A DNA stretch of 63,493 nt, filler included, from Octopus bimaculoides (Eukaryota), in assembly GCF_001194135.2 (NCBI RefSeq). It is 9 parts of 8 records of this genome, joined end to end, with 100 filler letters (N's around TTAATTAATTAA, not from the genome) between each part and the next. Parts side by side here need not be neighbours in the genome. Positions count along the whole stretch, not along the records: positions 24,101 to 31,853 come from NC_068984.1; positions 31,954 to 49,025 come from NC_068997.1; 7 more parts are not named here. The stretch is one strand, 5' to 3'. Shown one piece after another: positions 25,490-37,291 of this stretch. The notes beneath the pieces are model-generated. The model ran no database searches, had not been told where the DNA came from, and saw nothing but the letters and a program-made list of their open reading frames with translations. The translations under genes and the position numbers were made by a program. Every line of letters begins with the position of its first letter. Position 1 is the first letter of the stretch.

Positions 25490-26800
25490 CATGTTTGTTA
25501 CAATAACTTACCGAAACACACCCAGTGCCCAAGGGCGAGCGAGGGATAAGAGATGTTACAGTATGACAGAAAGCTTGAAGAGGGAAAGTGTCAGGGGCAG
25601 TAGCGAAATATCTTCATGTGATACAACACAGATATGTAATTTGATCAGGTTTTTCCAAGGGTGTGGGTAGTACTTGTCAACACAATCTTTTGGATTTTTC
25701 TGAAACATGCTTCTCCTGGGATGTTGTCTACATATTTCTGACATACCTTTTTATCATACCTAGGTCCCCTACAGTAACAGGAAAATTTGTTGCTTTTAAA
25801 AGACACATCTTTTGGATTTCAATTTCCAGGTCGTTATAATTACTTAATTTGTCAAATACCTTTACAGAACACATATACCTATGAGTCTATAAGTATTTTT
25901 CCCCTGTCTTTAATAAGTATGTCTGCTTGATTAGCCTGGATCGTTCCTTCGGCAGATAGTGACATTTTCAGTTTCAATGACTGGCTCGGGAATGCCAATT
26001 TTGTAGTGTTTACATATTTTCCAATGTAAATACTGTCCTACCCTATCGTGACTATTTTTGTATTTGTTTACCGAAACGAGATGGTCTATTGTTTCATCAA
26101 AACTGTCGCAGAATCTGCATTCATAGTCAAACCCGTTTCGGAGAAGGTTAACCTCGTAATTTTTGGTAAGCAGGTTTTGATCTTTTACCGCCAATATAAA
26201 ACCTTCAAACTCTGCTTTCAGTCCTGAAATTCTCAGCTACCGATGGGTTGTTGCTTGGTCAACATCAGTATTTCGACTTCGAAGTATATACTGTCCATGC
26301 AGAGGCTTCTCACTCCACCGCTCCTCACTTGCTTCTGCCAGCTTTTTTTTTATGCAGTCTGCTCGATCCGTTTTGCTTCTGTGGTGGCAGTGGTTTCAGG
26401 TTATTCATCTAATTGGGAATTAATGTCAAGTTCCTTAGCAAATTTACAAGTTTCCTTGACAATTGAATGTGATTTTTGCTGATTTCATGTTTTCACACAA
26501 TCCGCAGCATTCAGTACTCTGTACTAGATAAATACCTGTTCGTTGCTATTCATGAGGTCTTATAGCACAGTTTTAACACCAATATTCCTCTTCTCCCATT
26601 ACTTCTCGGTAGGTACAGACGAACAACTTCTGCTTTTGGGTGGTGCATGTTCTTAGATGTTAATAGTTTTCTTGTCCTGGTGTTGCCTTGGCGTTGAAGA
26701 TCCGTATGATTCTACTTAATGTTGTTAAAACTGTATTGGGCTACTGGAAGTGCCATGGTGTTAATGGCAAACATGCGATTTTTCGAGTTGAGTTCAATTT
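25490..26800 (-). mobile_element. R4/Dong-clade LINE, longest fragment in the window (about 1.3 kb, degenerate)
   Basis: HPKAEVVRLYLPRSNGRRG (cf. HP.ADV.RLYLPR..GGRGL), LKAEFEGFILA/KDQNLLTKNY, CRFC...ETIDHLVS, HDRVGQYLHWKICKHY. Confidence 0.85.
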
Positions 26801-26908
26801 TCAGTATAAGCCTTATTCACCTATAGTGCTCCTTCCTTATTCCTCCTTGATAGCAGGATTTTGTATACTGTCTTCGTTTATTCCCGGGTATTTATAACCT
26901 CCTCCTCC

Positions 26909-26980
<72 letters not shown>

Positions 26981-26981
<1 letters not shown>

Positions 26982-27448
26982 GAGTGAGAGAGAAGTGACA
27001 CTGGGGTAAAATATACGAAGCCCATTATACCCATCATGACTACCCATCTGATAAGGGTATACCAGGCACATGCATCACAACCATATGTGCGCAACAGGGT
27101 GATCTCATATCAATATAAACAGCGCATGACCTCGCAGGTGGGGCCCAGTTAGAACTTTCTTCAGGTCGAGTAGCCCTTCCCGCTCAAAAGGTCCCTGAAT
27201 AAGGTCTGTTTAAGGATGTTGATCACAACACCCATGTTTCCAAAGGTGAATTCCGCTCCTTACATGGCTATGATGCTCCCCCACTACTTCTGCTCATGAT
27301 CAGAGATACATATATCATCAGCCACTAAGAGAAATGCTCCACTGGTAAAGGTCAAACAACTGGCAAGCAAATCTGTGGTATTAAGCAGAATATTTGCTGT
27401 AGCCCATCTTTTATACCAAGACAAAACAATGTACATAATAACACTTCC
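26981..27448. mobile_element. Unclassified ~470-bp interspersed-type element bounded by (TTA)n arrays
   Basis: Non-coding, moderately GC-rich block with TTA arrays on both sides, within the Dong cluster. Repeat status is inferred, since there is only one copy here. Confidence 0.45.
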
Positions 27449-27482
27449 AATTATTATTATTATTACTTTTATTATTATTACG

Positions 27483-27612
27483 AAGGCGGTGAGCTGGCAG
27501 AATCGTTAGCGCGGCGGGAGAAATGCTTAGCGGTATTTCGCCTGTCGCTACGTACTGGGGTCAATGTAATCGACTTAATTCCCTCCAAAAAGCTGCTCTT
27601 GTGGAAAAAATT
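27483..27612 (+). mobile_element. SINE family B, internally deleted
   Basis: aaggcggtgagctggcagaatcgttagc..aaatgcttagcggtatttcg head. Confidence 0.75.
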
Positions 27613-27635
27613 GGAAATCATTATTATCTCTATTT

Positions 27636-27694
<59 letters not shown>

Positions 27695-27843
27695 TAGTTT
27701 TATTTTTATAACGTGCTTTCACTTCACTACCGAGCGCAGCTCTGTGCGCCTTGGGTATGTGCTGTGGTTTTCTGTGGTGCTCTTATGTTTACTGTATTGA
27801 AAGTGTTTTGCGTAGAATGTGTGCAGTACCCAGTAGTGCAATT
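27695..27843 (-). mobile_element. R4/Dong-clade LINE 3' end (distinct 3' UTR subfamily)
   Basis: IALLGTAHILRKTLSIQ* followed by a short UTR and (TAA)n. Confidence 0.75.
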
Positions 27844-28029
27844 NNNNNNNNNNNNNNNNNNNNNNNNNNNNNNNNNNNNNNNNNNNNNNNNNNNNNNNNN
27901 NNNNNNNNNNNNNNNNNNNNNNNNNNNNNNNNNNNNNNNNNNNNNNNNNNNNNNNNNNNNNNNNNNNNNNNNNNNNNNNNNNNNNNNNNNNNNNNNNNNN
28001 NNNNNNNNNNNNNNNNNNNNNNNNNNNNN

Positions 28030-28085
<56 letters not shown>

Positions 28086-28129
28086 GTTGTTGTTGTTGTT
28101 GTTGTTTTTGTTGTTTTCTTATTATCATA

Positions 28130-28369
28130 ATTACATTTTTGACTTTTGCGTTGTATTTATACAAGTTGACTCCAAGTCTCACCCAGAGACCTCAAGAGAC
28201 AAGTTAGAAGTTCATGCTGGTGTTATGCCTAGGGTGTCATATATTTGTTTTTGCACATAATATTTTTATAGAGAATGTTTAAAAAACATAAGAAAATTAT
28301 AAGTTTGTTTTAAAGTTTGAGATTACATAGACATTATTTTACGTTGAATATGGGCAGTTCCCATGAGCA

Positions 28370-28370
<1 letters not shown>
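28130..28370 (-). mobile_element. R4/Dong-clade LINE 3' end (same UTR as 15167 and 15965)
   Basis: LMGTAHIQRKIMSM* plus the ccaagtctcacccagagacctc UTR. TTA arrays on both sides. Confidence 0.85.
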
Positions 28371-28427
<57 letters not shown>

Positions 28428-28459
28428 AATAATAATAATAATATTATTTATTTATTTAT

Positions 28460-29225
28460 TTACTTTTGATCTGCATGTTAGAATCACTTGCCGAGACACA
28501 CCCAGCGTTGAGCGAAGGATATGAGATGTTGAGCGAAGGGTGAGTGAAGGATAAGTGATGTTAGAGTATGACTGAAGACTTGGGGAAGGGAAGTGGCAGG
28601 GCAGTAACAAAATATCTTCATGTTTTACAGCATAGACGTTTCAAGTGATAAGGTTTTTCTAAGGATGTGGGCAGTACTTTTAAGCACAGTCTTTTGGATT
28701 TCTCTGAGACATGCTTCTCCTAGTATATTATCTAGATATTTCTGACATCCCTTTTTTATCATACCTAGGGCACCTACAATAACAGAAACACATCTTCTCA
28801 GGTCCTTATATTTGCTTAATTTGTCAGGTTCCTTTACAGATATGATTTTATCAGTGAGAACACTTACAGCTATTAATCTATAAGTATTTTCCTCCCAGAC
28901 TTTAATAATTAAGTCTGGTCGATTAGCCTGGATTGTTCTATTAGTCTTGACTGGAAAGTCTCAGAGGACGGTGACATTTTTACTTTCAATCACTGGCTCA
29001 GGATGATGTTCATACCAGTAAGCAGAAGTGTTGACTTTGTAGTGTTTACATATTTTCCAATGTAAATACTGTCCTACTCTATTGTATTCGTTTGGTGTCA
29101 GCACAGGGCATCCCGAAACAAGATGATCTATTGTTTTATCAAATGTGTCGCAGAATTTGCATTTAGGGTTAGAACCATGTTGAAGAACGTTAGCCTGGTA
29201 GTTTGTTTTTGTAAGCAAGCTTTGA
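28460..29225 (-). mobile_element. R4/Dong-clade LINE 3' fragment (same UTR type as 25490)
   Basis: CKFCDTFDKTIDHLVSGCPVL..VGQYLHWKICKHY..WYEHHPEPVIE and EIQKTVLKSTAHILRKTLSL. Confidence 0.9.
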
Positions 29226-29288
29226 TATAATTGTTGGCCTATTTATCGCAGTCAATGCACGGTGGTCGCTTATAAGCTTTAAGGTTAT

Positions 29289-29334
<46 letters not shown>

Positions 29335-30861
29335 TATTTTACTCTAGTGAACTGGTAACAACGTCTGCAACTCGTGGCATAATATATCTGGTCCATAACA
29401 TAGGTATAATATCTTCGAACTGATGGAGTCTGAGTGTTTCTTGCTAACAACACAGTCACTTAAGGAAACCTTGTAAATATTTTATATGCGGTTAATGGGC
29501 TGCAAAAGCTATACTACCTCATGGAATACTGTCGAGGCAGTGGTGACAGATCTTACCCAGATGTTTTAACACGAAAATGCACAGGAATTCACTATATTTT
29601 GGATAAATTTCTTTCAGAATATACTGTACATCTTCAGTTCGGCCAAGAATATCGATTCTTTTAGAACTGTTATATACGACCAGTTCGGAAGTTAATTTGA
29701 GTCTCATACAAATGCGCAAAAATAATAAACAAACACTTGTCGAGTTCAAAACTTTGATATTTTTTTCTTTTCAGGGTAAACATGTTATTCAAAATACTCT
29801 CCAAATTTACATAATTACGCTAGATAAATTAGTTTTCCAATCAGTAAATTATATCCTTTATTATTAATGAATTTAAGTATTTTTTAAAATCAAAATATAA
29901 ATGTTCTTATTTAAAGTATTTTAGAAAAAAGTTGAATCGATATGAATGTATTTGTGTGGGTGTCTAATTGCTTGTTTGTGTGTGTGCATGTGTGTTCATA
30001 TATATATGAACACACATATGCATGTGTGTGCATATATATATATCCAAAATATATATANNNNNNNNNNNNNNNNNNNNNNNNNNNNNNNNNNNNNNNNNNN
30101 NNNNNNNNNNNNNNNNNNNNNNNNNNNNNNNNNNNNNNNNNNNNNNNNNNNNNNNNNNNNNNNNNNNNNNNNNNNNNNNNNNNNNNNNNNNNNNNNNNNN
30201 NNNNNNNNNNNNNNNNNNNNNNNNNNNNNNNNNNNNNNNNNNNNNNNNNNNNNNNNNNNNNNNNNNNNNNNNNNNNNNNNNNNNNNNNNNNNNNNNNNNN
30301 NNNNNNNNNNNNNNNNNNNNNNNNNNNNNNNNNNNNNNNNNNNNNNNNNNNNNNNNNNNNNNNNNNNNNNNNNNNNNNNNNNNNNNNNNNNNNNNNNNNN
30401 NNNNNNNNNNNNNNNNNNNNNNNNNNNNNNNNNNNNNNNNNNNNNNNNNNNNNNNNNNNNNNNNNNNNNNNNNNNNNNNNNNNNNNNNNNNNNNNNNNNN
30501 NNNNNNNNNNNNNNNNNNNNNNNNNNNNNNNNNNNNNNNNNNNNNNNNNNNNNNNNNNNNNNNNNNNNNNNNNNNNNNNNNNNNNNNNNNNNNNNNNNNN
30601 NNNAGGGTGCCTCAATTACTAATTTCAGAATTTCATATGAATTTCCGTTCATCTCTGCCACAGAGGATAATTATAAAAGAAAACAAAGCATGACTTTTTT
30701 TAAAAATAGGAATTCTAATCACACCATCTAATTAAACATCATATAAATAGTCTCTCATTTTTCTTTTCTTTTCTTTCTTTCTCTCTCCCTCTCTCTCACT
30801 CTAAATATATGTGTGGGTGTAGACGTATGTATGTACATATATACATACATACACACATATT

Positions 30862-31060
30862 TTTATTTTACTTGTTTCAGTCATTAGCCTGTGGCCATGT
30901 TAGAGCAACGCCTTCAAATTTTAGTCGAAAAATCGAACCCAGTACTTATTTTTTAAGCCCGGTACTCATTCTATCTTTTATTTGCCGAACCACTAATTTT
31001 CGCGGGCGCAAACACACCAATTGTCAAGTGGTTGTAGTAGTGGGAACAAACACAGCCACA
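30862..31060 (-). mobile_element. SINE family A, 3' half
   Basis: ttgtttcagtcatt..tggccatg.tagagca..tttgccgaaccactaa is the reverse complement of the family A tail. Confidence 0.7.
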
Positions 31061-31496
31061 GATAGATATATGTACACACACAAACACGAAACGTTAAGCT
31101 GGATGAAACTGCTACATAAAAGTGTGGCTTGTATTAAAGAGCCTAAAGTAGCAAAGTGACGTGGAGGTACAATTTTGTTAGTTATCACTAGTTGATGTGT
31201 CCACCCTGTTGTCAGTGAATTGTCCGTCTGAAGTGAATTGGTCACGTAGTAAGTGAGGAAGTAAACCTTTAGAGCCCAAATTAGTCAAGAAAGCCATGTA
31301 TAATCACTTATATCATATCACTGTGTGTGCGCATGTGTGGATACCAGAATCCCCATCTTATCAAATATATATATATATATATATATATATGTTCAGTTCT
31401 ATATTTAAGAGATGAGGAATTATGTACATTATTTACATTTGATGGATATTTGTCCTCATCTTGTTTGTTGTTTAAGCTTACATCTTATTTGTTGTT

Positions 31497-31537
31497 AACA
31501 CAACGTTTCGGCTGATATAACTTCCAGCCTTCATCTT
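31497..31537 (-). ncRNA. Minimal hammerhead-ribozyme-like motif with a defective 5' core
   Basis: Minus strand aa-GAUGA-A-GGCUG-gaaguuauau-CAGCC-GAAACGUU-guguu: 5-bp stem II and a GAAACGUH palindromic stem III. CUGAUGA is present only as AAGAUGA. Confidence 0.6.
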
Positions 31538-31571
31538 GGGGAAATTTCGAACCTGGGTTATTATTATTATT

Positions 31572-31645
31572 CAGGTCACAACCTGGAATTGAACTCGGAA
31601 TCTTGGGGTTATTATCCCGCGCTCTTAACTACTAAGCTATATGCC
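31572..31645 (-). mobile_element. tRNA-like Pol III head (SINE-type) followed by short (AAT)n
   Basis: ggcatatagcttagtagttaagagcgcggg..gagttcaattccagg has an A box (TAGCTTAGTAG) and a B box (GAGTTCAATTCC). Confidence 0.7.
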
Positions 31646-31819
31646 ATATGCCCGAGGGCAATTCTGGAGTGAATTTTAGGGCTTATAAATTAAATATATT
31701 CCTATCCTTTCTTAATACCGGTTCCCATATGCTATTCATATCTGCACTCGATGTGCATAGGAGGTTGTTGTGTCCTAGCATATGCGGTACTTCTTTCATT
31801 TTTCGTATATATACAAACT

Positions 31820-31853
<34 letters not shown>

Positions 31854-32051
31854 NNNNNNNNNNNNNNNNNNNNNNNNNNNNNNNNNNNNNNNNNNNNTTA
31901 ATTAATTAANNNNNNNNNNNNNNNNNNNNNNNNNNNNNNNNNNNNNNNNNNNNCTCATCACCTCTTATCCTCCTCCCCCTCCTCCTCCTCCTTTCTTTCT
32001 TCCTTATTGCATACCTTGTTGTCAGCTGGGCACTCTATATCTATAATCCAG

Positions 32052-32093
<42 letters not shown>

Positions 32094-32518
32094 CATTGTT
32101 GTTGTTTTCGTTATATATTATAGTTTGTAGAGTGAGAACTCAAGGATTTGTGAATGTAACTTTCAATGTTGTCAGCAAAGATATCAAAAAACTTGGTTAC
32201 ATCAATCAAGTCAGCCAACCCCAAGCGGCGGCATCAACAGAAACTATTGCAGCAGTGAAATCCTGAACCTTCTGAGATTCTGTCAAAACATTTTACAATT
32301 GTCATTTTGTATTCTTAAGTATTTATTCCATCGACTGTTCAAAGAAATTTATTCCATCATTTCTATGATGTAACACTTACCATCTATAGTATACAGACTA
32401 TTTTTTTAATGTTTATACATCATGTACCATAATATATCATATGTAGATGTTAGTTTTTAATCAATAAACGAATAAAATGTTTTTCAAATGTTATTTCTGT
32501 TTTGATTATTTAAGTCTA

Positions 32519-32970
32519 CAGCTGTGTGGTTAAGAAGCCTGCTTTGCAGCCTTGTGGTTTTCAGTTCAGTTCCACTGTGTGGCAGCATTTTGATGAGCAT
32601 GTGTCTTTTACTGTCCTTGGGTTGACTAATGCTTTGTGAGTGAATTTGATATATGGAAACCTCATGTGTTTTGGGGTTTCAGTACCACTTTGCAGCACTT
32701 TTGGTAAAATATCTTCGACTATCTCCCTGGGCCAATGTGAATTTGGTAGATGGAAACTGAAAGAAGCCCATCATGTGTTTGTGTGTGTTTGTGTGTTTTG
32801 TGCTTGTGACCCCTCCCCACCACTTGATAATCAGTGCTGGTTTGTTTATGTCCCTGTAACTTAGTTGTCTGACAAAAAGCTCTGATAGAATATGTACTAG
32901 GCTTTAAAAAACATGTATTGGAGTTGATTTGTTCAACTAAACCTTTAACACAATGCCCCAGTATGGCTAA
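32519..32970 (+). mobile_element. SINE family A, diverged and CpG-depleted
   Basis: gctgtgtggttaagaagc head, ggtagatggaaactgaaagaagccc body and ccagtatggc tail. Confidence 0.75.
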
Positions 32971-32984
32971 CAGAATGAAAGATT

Positions 32985-33125
32985 CTTCACCATTGGGATC
33001 CAAGCACTGCAACACCGATGGACGATGTGTGTGAACCACACAGGGCACTTTGTTGAAAAATAAACCTAATTTGGTTGCATTCCATGAGAGTATCTTGGTC
33101 AGCCTATGAACTTTTCAGCCTCATA
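32985..33125 (+). mobile_element. Mariner 3' end
   Basis: GIQALQHRWTMCVNHTGHFVEK* (cf. LQHRW.KCV...GDYVEK*), followed by TIR-like cagcctatgaacttttcagc. Confidence 0.55.
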
Positions 33126-33599
33126 TGATTCAGGATGTCTATGAGAATGGCAACAGAACTCTCTTTGATGTACGAACAGTACTCCATCGAGGGCCTCTAT
33201 TGATCCTTGTAGTCATCAACTGCTAGGTGCAGAAATATTTGCATAAACATGTGGAAGATAACAGTAGAAGAGCCACCATTGCTTAATCAGATAGTTTTCG
33301 GAAATTCTGATTTTATATCAACCAGAAATCTGTTCAAATTTGTTTCTAAAAATTTCAGTTTAATACTTGAATCTCATGACAGCTCTGTAACATTTTGAAC
33401 TTTCATTCAAAGAAACATATTTCCCATGTCCTTTTGCTAAAATGAATGAGATTTGCACAAAATCTAATTTAACATTTTCTACATTTGCTAGAAAATATTT
33501 GCACAACTTCTTTAATGTACATACCAAATGCTCAATTATAATTAATAAAAAATTGAATTATTTTCAGAGACAAAAATCATCTGTCTATTTCATCTTGTT

Positions 33600-33985
33600 A
33601 TCTTTTACTGGTTTCAGTTGTTGGACTGTGGCCATGCTGGGGCATTGCCTTGAATGATGTAGTCAAACAAATCGATCATGGTACTTGTATTTTAAAGTGT
33701 GGTACTTATTCTATTGGTCTCTTTGCTGAAACTACTAGGTTATGGGGACATAAACAAACCAACAGAGGTTGTCAAGGGGTGATGAGGGTGGAATATAAAA
33801 CAAACTCACACATACACACACGTTTATACAACAGGCTTCCACACAATTTACATCTACCAAATTCTCTCTCAAGGCATTGCTTGATCCAAGACTTTTGTAG
33901 ATGATATTTGCACAAGCCCCCATACTATGAAACTGAAATCTAAAACTATCTGGTCACCAAGTGAGCTTCTAAACTACATAGGCAT
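33600..33985 (-). mobile_element. SINE family A, diverged and CpG-depleted
   Basis: Collinear with the reverse complement of 20586-20940, with many CG-to-TG/CA changes. Confidence 0.75.
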
Positions 33986-34501
33986 GTCTAAAACATTTCA
34001 AATTTATATCTTGTACTGCTTGTTTCCATAGGTTTAAATGTTTTCCCAATTATTTCATTTCTTTTTTATCTTTCAAATTGAAATGTTTGCTTTCTTCTTA
34101 TGCAGAAACATGTTAAGTGTTTCATTAAATTTTATAAACATATCTGACAATAGATTAGGATAAGCCAATCTTTATAATTGTAGGATCCTGTAAGATTTTA
34201 GTTATTTTCAGGTAAACCCCATTCTTTTTTTTTTTGTTGCTTTTAGTCTATTAGTTCTTTCAAAGTTTATTCCTTGGGGAAACTTAACATTTCTGTCTGC
34301 AGGGAAAGTTTACTGAATTTGAGTCCCATGTCTTCTAATATTGTATTATCTAGGATACAAATTGAATTTTCCAGAAGAAAATTTACAATAAAAAAATACC
34401 AGGTCGACTTATACACCAAGACGTCTTTGGGGGACCAAAGCGTCCTTGTGAAATGCAGCAGAATTTGGAAAGATAATGACAATGTTTGAATGTTTAGACT
34501 A

Positions 34502-34532
<31 letters not shown>

Positions 34533-34615
34533 GTTTAACGTCCGCTTTCCATGTTAGCATGGGTTGGACGATTTGACTGAGGACTTGTGAACCAGATGGC
34601 TACACCAGGCTCTAC
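34502..34615 (-). mobile_element. Short (CAT)n-tailed retroposon 3' end (unclassified)
   Basis: (CAT)n abuts cgtttaacgtccgctttccatgttagcatgggttggacg, a CpG-rich block in AT-rich surroundings. Confidence 0.4.
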
Positions 34616-34779
34616 ATGTTTATCCTAAATACTACATCGACTTGTATGCCAGAAATATGGTAGATGGCTTTTCTATCGATTTGTGATAGTGTTTATTATT
34701 TTAATCTATGACCATACTGAGATTTGAATAAATTTTTTGCCAGTGCTTACTGTTTGAGGAATCTGGTGAATCAGGCTCA

Positions 34780-35230
34780 ATGCTTTGCAAATTTATTTTT
34801 AGTTTGAAATCTTGCATTTTTCCTACCATTGATACTCTGCCATTGCCACGACACCTATCCACGACACCTATCTCTTTATAAAAATATGGTTTACTGACTA
34901 AAACAACTTCATGTCTTGTATGTCCGTCTAATGATTATCAAATAGCAAGTTCTTTGCTCACTGTTTGCCTTATGAATATCTGACAAATGCCGATAATTGC
35001 GTAGTATTTGCATTGTTGGTTGATTTTTATCCAATTGAATTACAAATTTAGTACTTTAACTCTGTCAATAATTTGCACAAATTAGTTATTGCAAATTTTT
35101 GCAATTTTATATACTGTATTTCAAATTGCATTATATTTCACAGATGAATTTTCTTTTATTGCATCTGCTTTGTTTGTTTCAAAAATATTTTTCTTGTGAT
35201 TCTACTCATTGTTGATAGCCCAAACTTCTT
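34780..35230 (-). mobile_element. hAT (Charlie/Buster-type) transposase fossil
   Basis: KFVIQLDK/STNNANTTQLSAFVRY (cf. FAIQLDESTD..N.AQL..FVRY), followed by ELLFDNH/LDGHTR. Confidence 0.65.
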
Positions 35231-35246
35231 TCTCAATCATCTCGGG

Positions 35247-35499
35247 CAATGTGTCTCAACCATTTTTGATCTATAGGCCCTTTTGATACCTGTTGTACTC
35301 AGATGGGCCCTTATAGCCATTCTATGTTTAAAAAATCATATTGTGTTTTTATAATTAAATATTATTAGGAATTGTATTAAATATTGTTAAAATATGTTGT
35401 GAATAGCAGAAGTACAACAAATTTATTGCAGATGAATTTTAACAACAAAATCTTATATGGCTCTCTGAGGGCCATATGGACCCCAATCGAGAACCAATG
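35247..35499. mobile_element. hAT-Charlie-type MITE
   Basis: Ends caatgtgtctcaacc and cgagaaccaatg (cf. CAGTG.TTCTCAA TIR). The 8-bp flanks atctcggg and gtctaggg match at 6/8. Confidence 0.55.
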
Positions 35500-35529
35500 G
35501 TCTAGGGTTTCGTTCTTTCTTTCTTGCTT

Positions 35530-35850
35530 TTAATCCTCCAATACGGAGTATAGGCCACTTATAATTGAATTCCATGTCGCATAATTTCTCGCTTCTGTAC
35601 TTATACTCTGCCATGTATGTCCCCCTTTCTCTAGTTCCTTTTGTGTTGATCTACGCCACAAGTTCTTAGGCCTACCCATCTTTCTATATTCATCTGGATT
35701 CCACTGTAAAGCGCTTTTCACTGCATTTGGTGTGTCCCTTCTAATTGTGCTACCAATCCACTTCCACTTTTTCTTAAATATTTGCTCTCTAATCGGAACT
35801 TGGGTTTCTTAGCTTCTAAATTTACGTAAGATTGATGCTTTTGGTAGTTT
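35530..35850 (-). mobile_element. RTE-clade LINE 3' end
   Basis: KWKWIGSTIRR..ALQWNP..RKMGRPKNLWRRS..EL..G.TW...W..IISGLYS (cf. RW.WIGH.LR..AL.WNP.G.R.RGRP..TWRR). Confidence 0.8.
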
Positions 35851-36382
35851 CCTTGAATCAGTGTATTTAAAAAAAAAAAAAAATCACTATTGTGTTTTGA
35901 AGATTTCAGCAGTCTTTAAAAAACAAGATTTGCTTGCAGCAGAAGTAAGTATTGTATTAAGATGTCTTTCCTGATTTAGCAGTTTCCATTCTTTCATTTA
36001 CTAAATATTTCTTACATGGTTCCTTCCTCTTTGGTACTGAATGACCTCAGGATACATTCCACCATTCTTTTATGCATGGTGTATTGTATTCAGGAAAAGT
36101 TGTAGAATGCCTCATATTTATTCCCAGGGCATGTACTGACAGTGACTCTAGAATTACAATTCTGTTCCCCGTCAGGTTCCGTGCATCTTGGTTGTGGAGT
36201 GTTTGCGGGCTGATAGCAAAAAGCTTGGAATTACCTAGCATTAAATTGCATATTATCATTCTTCAGCCTAGAGAGAAAGAGAGGGGGAGGGAGAGAAAAT
36301 GGGAGAGGGCGAAGGTGGAATGGGGGATCCCTGTGCATGTGTGTGTACATGTCTATGTTGATATTTAGTTGATTTAATGGAA

Positions 36383-36790
36383 TCAGTGTTTGGTCTTGAT
36401 AATCTTTTGGAACTGTCTCAGCAAGTTGGCATAGTACTCTCCATCGATAATGTTGCCCTTTTGAAGATGGTCAATAAACAGAACACCTTTTGCGTCTTCC
36501 AAAAATGAGACCATCACTTTCCGTGCAGATAAAACACCCTTGGCCTTCTTTGAAGCAGGTGAGGTGGGGTGTTTCCACTGCATGAATTGTCTCTTTGTCT
36601 CCGGCTCAAAGTGGTGAAGCCAACACTCACCCTGGCTTGGGAAAAGTTCAAGGAAACCAGCTGGATCTACCTCAAACAATGTCAGATTTTCTTGTGATGT
36701 GATCAGCCTTGTGCACTTTTGATCAGGTGTCAGAGGACATGGCGCTCACCAAGCAGAAACCTTCGTCATGGATATTTGATTTAGAGTCAA
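36383..36790 (-). mobile_element. Mariner transposase catalytic-domain fragment
   Basis: LLTPDQKCTRL..WLHHFEPETKRQFMQWKHPTSPASKKAK..SARKVMVSF.EDAKGVLFIDHLQKG..IDGEYYANLL. Confidence 0.9.
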
Positions 36791-37254
36791 TCGCCTGTTA
36801 TTTTATGACATGCATAACCAAAGAGGTGCATTTGTATCTATTTACCTTTCTATAAATAATACATATATGTATGTGCATGTATGGGTGCATTTGTACACGC
36901 ACTCACACATACACACTGTTTCACACATAACGGACTCTAACTTTCGACTAAGAAAATGAAGTGTATTCACTTACGTACATGCACTTTTTACCCGGTTTTG
37001 ACCAACATCGACATATTTCGTTCAACTTTCACGCATGCACATCCAGAAGCCATGATGGAAAACTATGTTTTTACTTTTGCATACAGAATATCTCATATGG
37101 TACACAATTTATTTTTAACGTACAAGATCGTGGGCGTTCGGCCATGCCTTTTCCAATCCTACCTACGTTTGCAATTTGTTACATTATTATGAGGTACCCT
37201 GTATAAAATTGATGTGTGTGTCTATAATATATAAAACACTCCTCTCTCCCTCTC

Positions 37255-37291
<37 letters not shown>

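Noticed and set aside
29464-29670. Frame NLVNILYAVNGLQKLYYLMEYCRGS resembling protein-kinase subdomains IV-V
   Set aside because: No HRD or other downstream motif, an in-frame stop just upstream, and no good splice donor. Treated as chance; a tBLASTn or spliced-read check would settle it.
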